64,000 bases of DNA. Origin: Bilabrum cf. latius (lineage: Eukaryota). Positions 61,401 to 64,000 of this stretch are shown piece after piece. The notes under the pieces are model-generated. The model was not told the origin of the DNA. It saw nothing but the letters and a program-made list of their open reading frames with translations, and made no database searches. Made by a program: the position numbers and the translations under genes. The DNA lies in assembly GCA_965178125.1 (NCBI GenBank), contig OZ237761.1, positions 1 to 64,000 of the forward strand. Reading direction: 5' to 3'. Positions within the stretch are counted from its first letter, which is position 1; each line of letters opens with the position of its first letter.

Positions 61401-64000
61401 TGCCAACTAGATCCATCGCTTCGGTCTCTGGGTGCATGTAGACCTCCGTCCGCTCCATGCCGTCAAACAGCAGGCCCAAGACCCAGCGCTCTAAGTTGCT
61501 GTTGCCATTGTCCAGATTCAGGTGCTTGATCAGCTTCATGGAGATGCCCTGCGCCCCATACACTGGAATGTCACCACCGATTAAACCAGTGATTGCGGGT
61601 CTGAGGCCCTACGCCTGGCCACCGCCTCCCTGAATCGACCCCTTGCCCAGATCCCTCAGAGCCACACCGAGCTCGGTTGATTTCGTGTGATCAGCAGCTG
61701 TCATTCGGCCCTCTTTGGAAACTTGTATGGTGCCCAGACGGATATCGCTCGTCAACTCAGAGTGGGACAGCTGGTCGGATCTGGGTACATGGAGTGTCTT
61801 GGAAGCAGCTCGCATCGCGTTTGAGGTTCCTTCTAGTCTTGCACCAAAGCCGATACCTCGGGGGCCGGTGCTCGAGCGCTCCTCCCAGGCATGCTACTCG
61901 AGGGCCTTCACCGAAATGTCAAGCCTAGGGTCGTTGTCTCGGAACGCGATGAAATCCACCACCCGATCATGCGCTGTGCTGCCTTTGCCAGACATGTCGG
62001 CGATTGAGGCCTCAAGGGTTGCAGGGATAGAATGCAGTCCAGAGCCCGGAGCAATGAGTCCAAGGATTCCGGTGTCTCCGAACCTGCTCTTTTGCTCGAA
62101 TTTCCCGTTCTCCAGCGGCGTGCCAGAATACATGCTTGGCCACAAGTGTAACGCCTCACGGTCTTCCTCCTTCGGCGGAGCAGCATGGCACCGAAGTTTC
62201 ACCATGGCAGCATCGATCAGTCGTAGCGCCTGCCCCAAGGGACCACTAGCGATCGGGTGTTCGTCATCCTCCGACCCCTCTACGAGCGGGGAGCCTTTTG
62301 AAACGGGCCGAGTGTCCAAGTCCTTCTCCAAGTATCGGATCAGTCCAACGAGGCCAGCTCTCTGCGTCTCATGCATGACACACTGCCGGTACACAACATC
62401 GTCCAACATGCGCCACAGTCGATATCCCAAGGCATCAGTCAGTTTTTGCTCAATGGTCGCTTTCGAGATGACGTCGATGATGGCAGAAATGAGACTGATG
62501 ACGTTCTTGACCATGTCCACCAGCCCCTGCATGATTGCAATCGCATCCCCTACAATCGGCGCCGCTACGACTGCCGTGCCGACGGCAGCACTGATGTCTG
62601 CAGCCAAGGCGGAGATCTGTGAGATCATCTGCTGAACGGCGACAATTCCGGCTTCTGGACAAGCAGTGACGACGTGGTAGACGGCTTGCTGTGCCATGGC
62701 TCTAGCCATAGGCCCTACGGCATGGACGACAGGCATGATAGCCGGCTCCAGAATGTTCTTTTGCACAGACTTCAGAACGTCCTTTGTCACATCCTTGGCT
62801 GCCTTCTTGACTTCTTTCTCGATCGCTTCTTTGATTTCCTTCTTCACCTTGTTAACGACGGGTTCGACCCCTTTCTTCACAGATGTAGTCGCTGCCTTGA
62901 TGGCGCTGTACGTCTTGGTGACGGAGGCGATCTGGCTATCCACCATCAGCTTTGCTCTCGTCAGTTCATCGGCACCATCGCTGTAGGCGCCGTCCCTTTT
63001 CTCCCAAAACTGCAGGTGCTGCGACATCCGGACCAGGTCAGCATTGTCATTCCCCTTCTGAAACATGGCTTCGCCAGCGCTGCGGAGAGTCTCCGCTCCA
63101 AACTCACGGATTGCCTCTGCATCGCTCTCAGAGAGGCTTCCCTGTGCTTCGCTGGACAGAGCGGACTCGACCGATGACTCTGACGGTGACAAAACACTTA
63201 GCTGCTGCTGCAGATGGTTCAAACTGGCTGAAGCAGCCGCCGGCTTGCAGTACTTGAGCACGTCGAAACTAGGGATGGATCGCCCACTCTCAAAGAACAA
63301 AGGCAGAAGGTTGACACGATCGGGCACCCACTTCTTCAAGCTTTCGGTCTCTTTGAAGCCGTCGTCAAATAGCTCCTCCCACTGGACCTCGAACAGTTTT
63401 TGGACATTCAAATTCCCGAGGTCCAGCTGTCTGCGGAAAGGGCTCGTGTGGTCCACCGGCTTCGTTTTCTTCTCATACTCGTTCGTCGCTAGATCGCCGC
63501 ACCAGTCCACGTATGCCTGCGAGAGCCTCGTCACGGGAGCGTTCAAGACACCGCCACTCTCTGCCTCCTCGAGCAATGCCTCAGCAAAACCGGCTCGGCT
63601 GAACTCCGGGTACGAGAATTGCGCGTCTTCTGCCATCAGCTGGATTCCCGCGAAGAGGTTCGTGACCATGTCGATGGTGATTGCGAACTAGTTCACCGTG
63701 TATGTCTCAACACCCGTCCAGAACTTCTTGCCCTTCGCGACCACGTCATGGATGGCACGCTTCGTCCATGAGCCTTTGCCTGTGGCCTCCCAGCCCTCCA
63801 CCTCGATACTTGGGGTTCGAAGCTTGTCGTAGCTCCCCCCCACGTAGAAGTCGAGCTCGCGCTTGTCGTCCTCGAAGTAAGATATCCTCTTGCTTTCGCG
63901 AAACTCGCCGTGTCCTTCGAAAATCTTGCGTAGCTTCTTGGTCGCACCAGTGCTGAGCAGGATTGGATTGGTCTCGATGTGCCGAACGGCCAGCCTCGCC
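58480..64000 (-). CDS. Large protein of unknown function (>1,839 aa, 5' end outside window) with an EGF-like domain
   Basis: Seven track ORFs share one minus frame joined by 9 TAGs. The frame is open to the window edge and ends at TGA 58480-58482. EGF-like CSGHGQC...CECEQGYAGQFCE at ~60450-60590; Ala/Val/Ile-rich hydrophobic segment at ~62470-62640. Confidence 0.8.

Noticed and set aside
2803-64000. Interpreting the genes as subtelomeric pseudogenes or RIP-like C-to-T decay
   Set aside because: Decay would also yield TAA (from CAA), TGA (from CGA/TGG) and frameshifts. None were seen in ~50 kb of coding frame, and catalytic and structural motifs are intact.

Overview
This is the left end of a linear eukaryotic (protist-like) chromosome. 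It opens with about 2.28 kb of perfect (CCCTAA)n telomere and a short G-rich subtelomeric minisatellite. After that comes a compact, GC-rich, intron-poor gene array, interrupted by one AT-rich island (~11.6-13.9 kb) that ends in a ~440-bp tandem duplication. The standard-code ORF track looks shattered, but the fragments lie end to end in single frames. Apart from five short spliceosomal introns, they are separated only by TAG. By manual reading there are more than 120 in-frame TAG codons and no in-frame TAA or TGA across 11 genes, and every gene terminates at TGA or TAA. TAG occupies positions that are conserved Gln in the respective families: the ABC Q-loop YVG*ADVH, the PDR C-terminus DF*KR, and the PDCD2_C motif P-R-*-LARY. 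The window therefore shows a non-canonical nuclear genetic code, UAG=Gln with UAA and UGA still stops. Under this code 12 genes emerge: a GT4 glycosyltransferase, two Zn(II)2Cys6 transcription factors, a Cdh1/Cdc20 APC/C activator, an MTAP/PNP phosphorylase, a ~6,177-aa single-exon chorein-N (VPS13-like) protein, MIOS/Sea4, a PDR-type ABCG transporter, PDCD2L/TSR4, a secreted permuted-papain-like protein, a small unknown membrane protein, and a truncated EGF-containing protein. All family calls come from motif recognition by eye; no database search was run.
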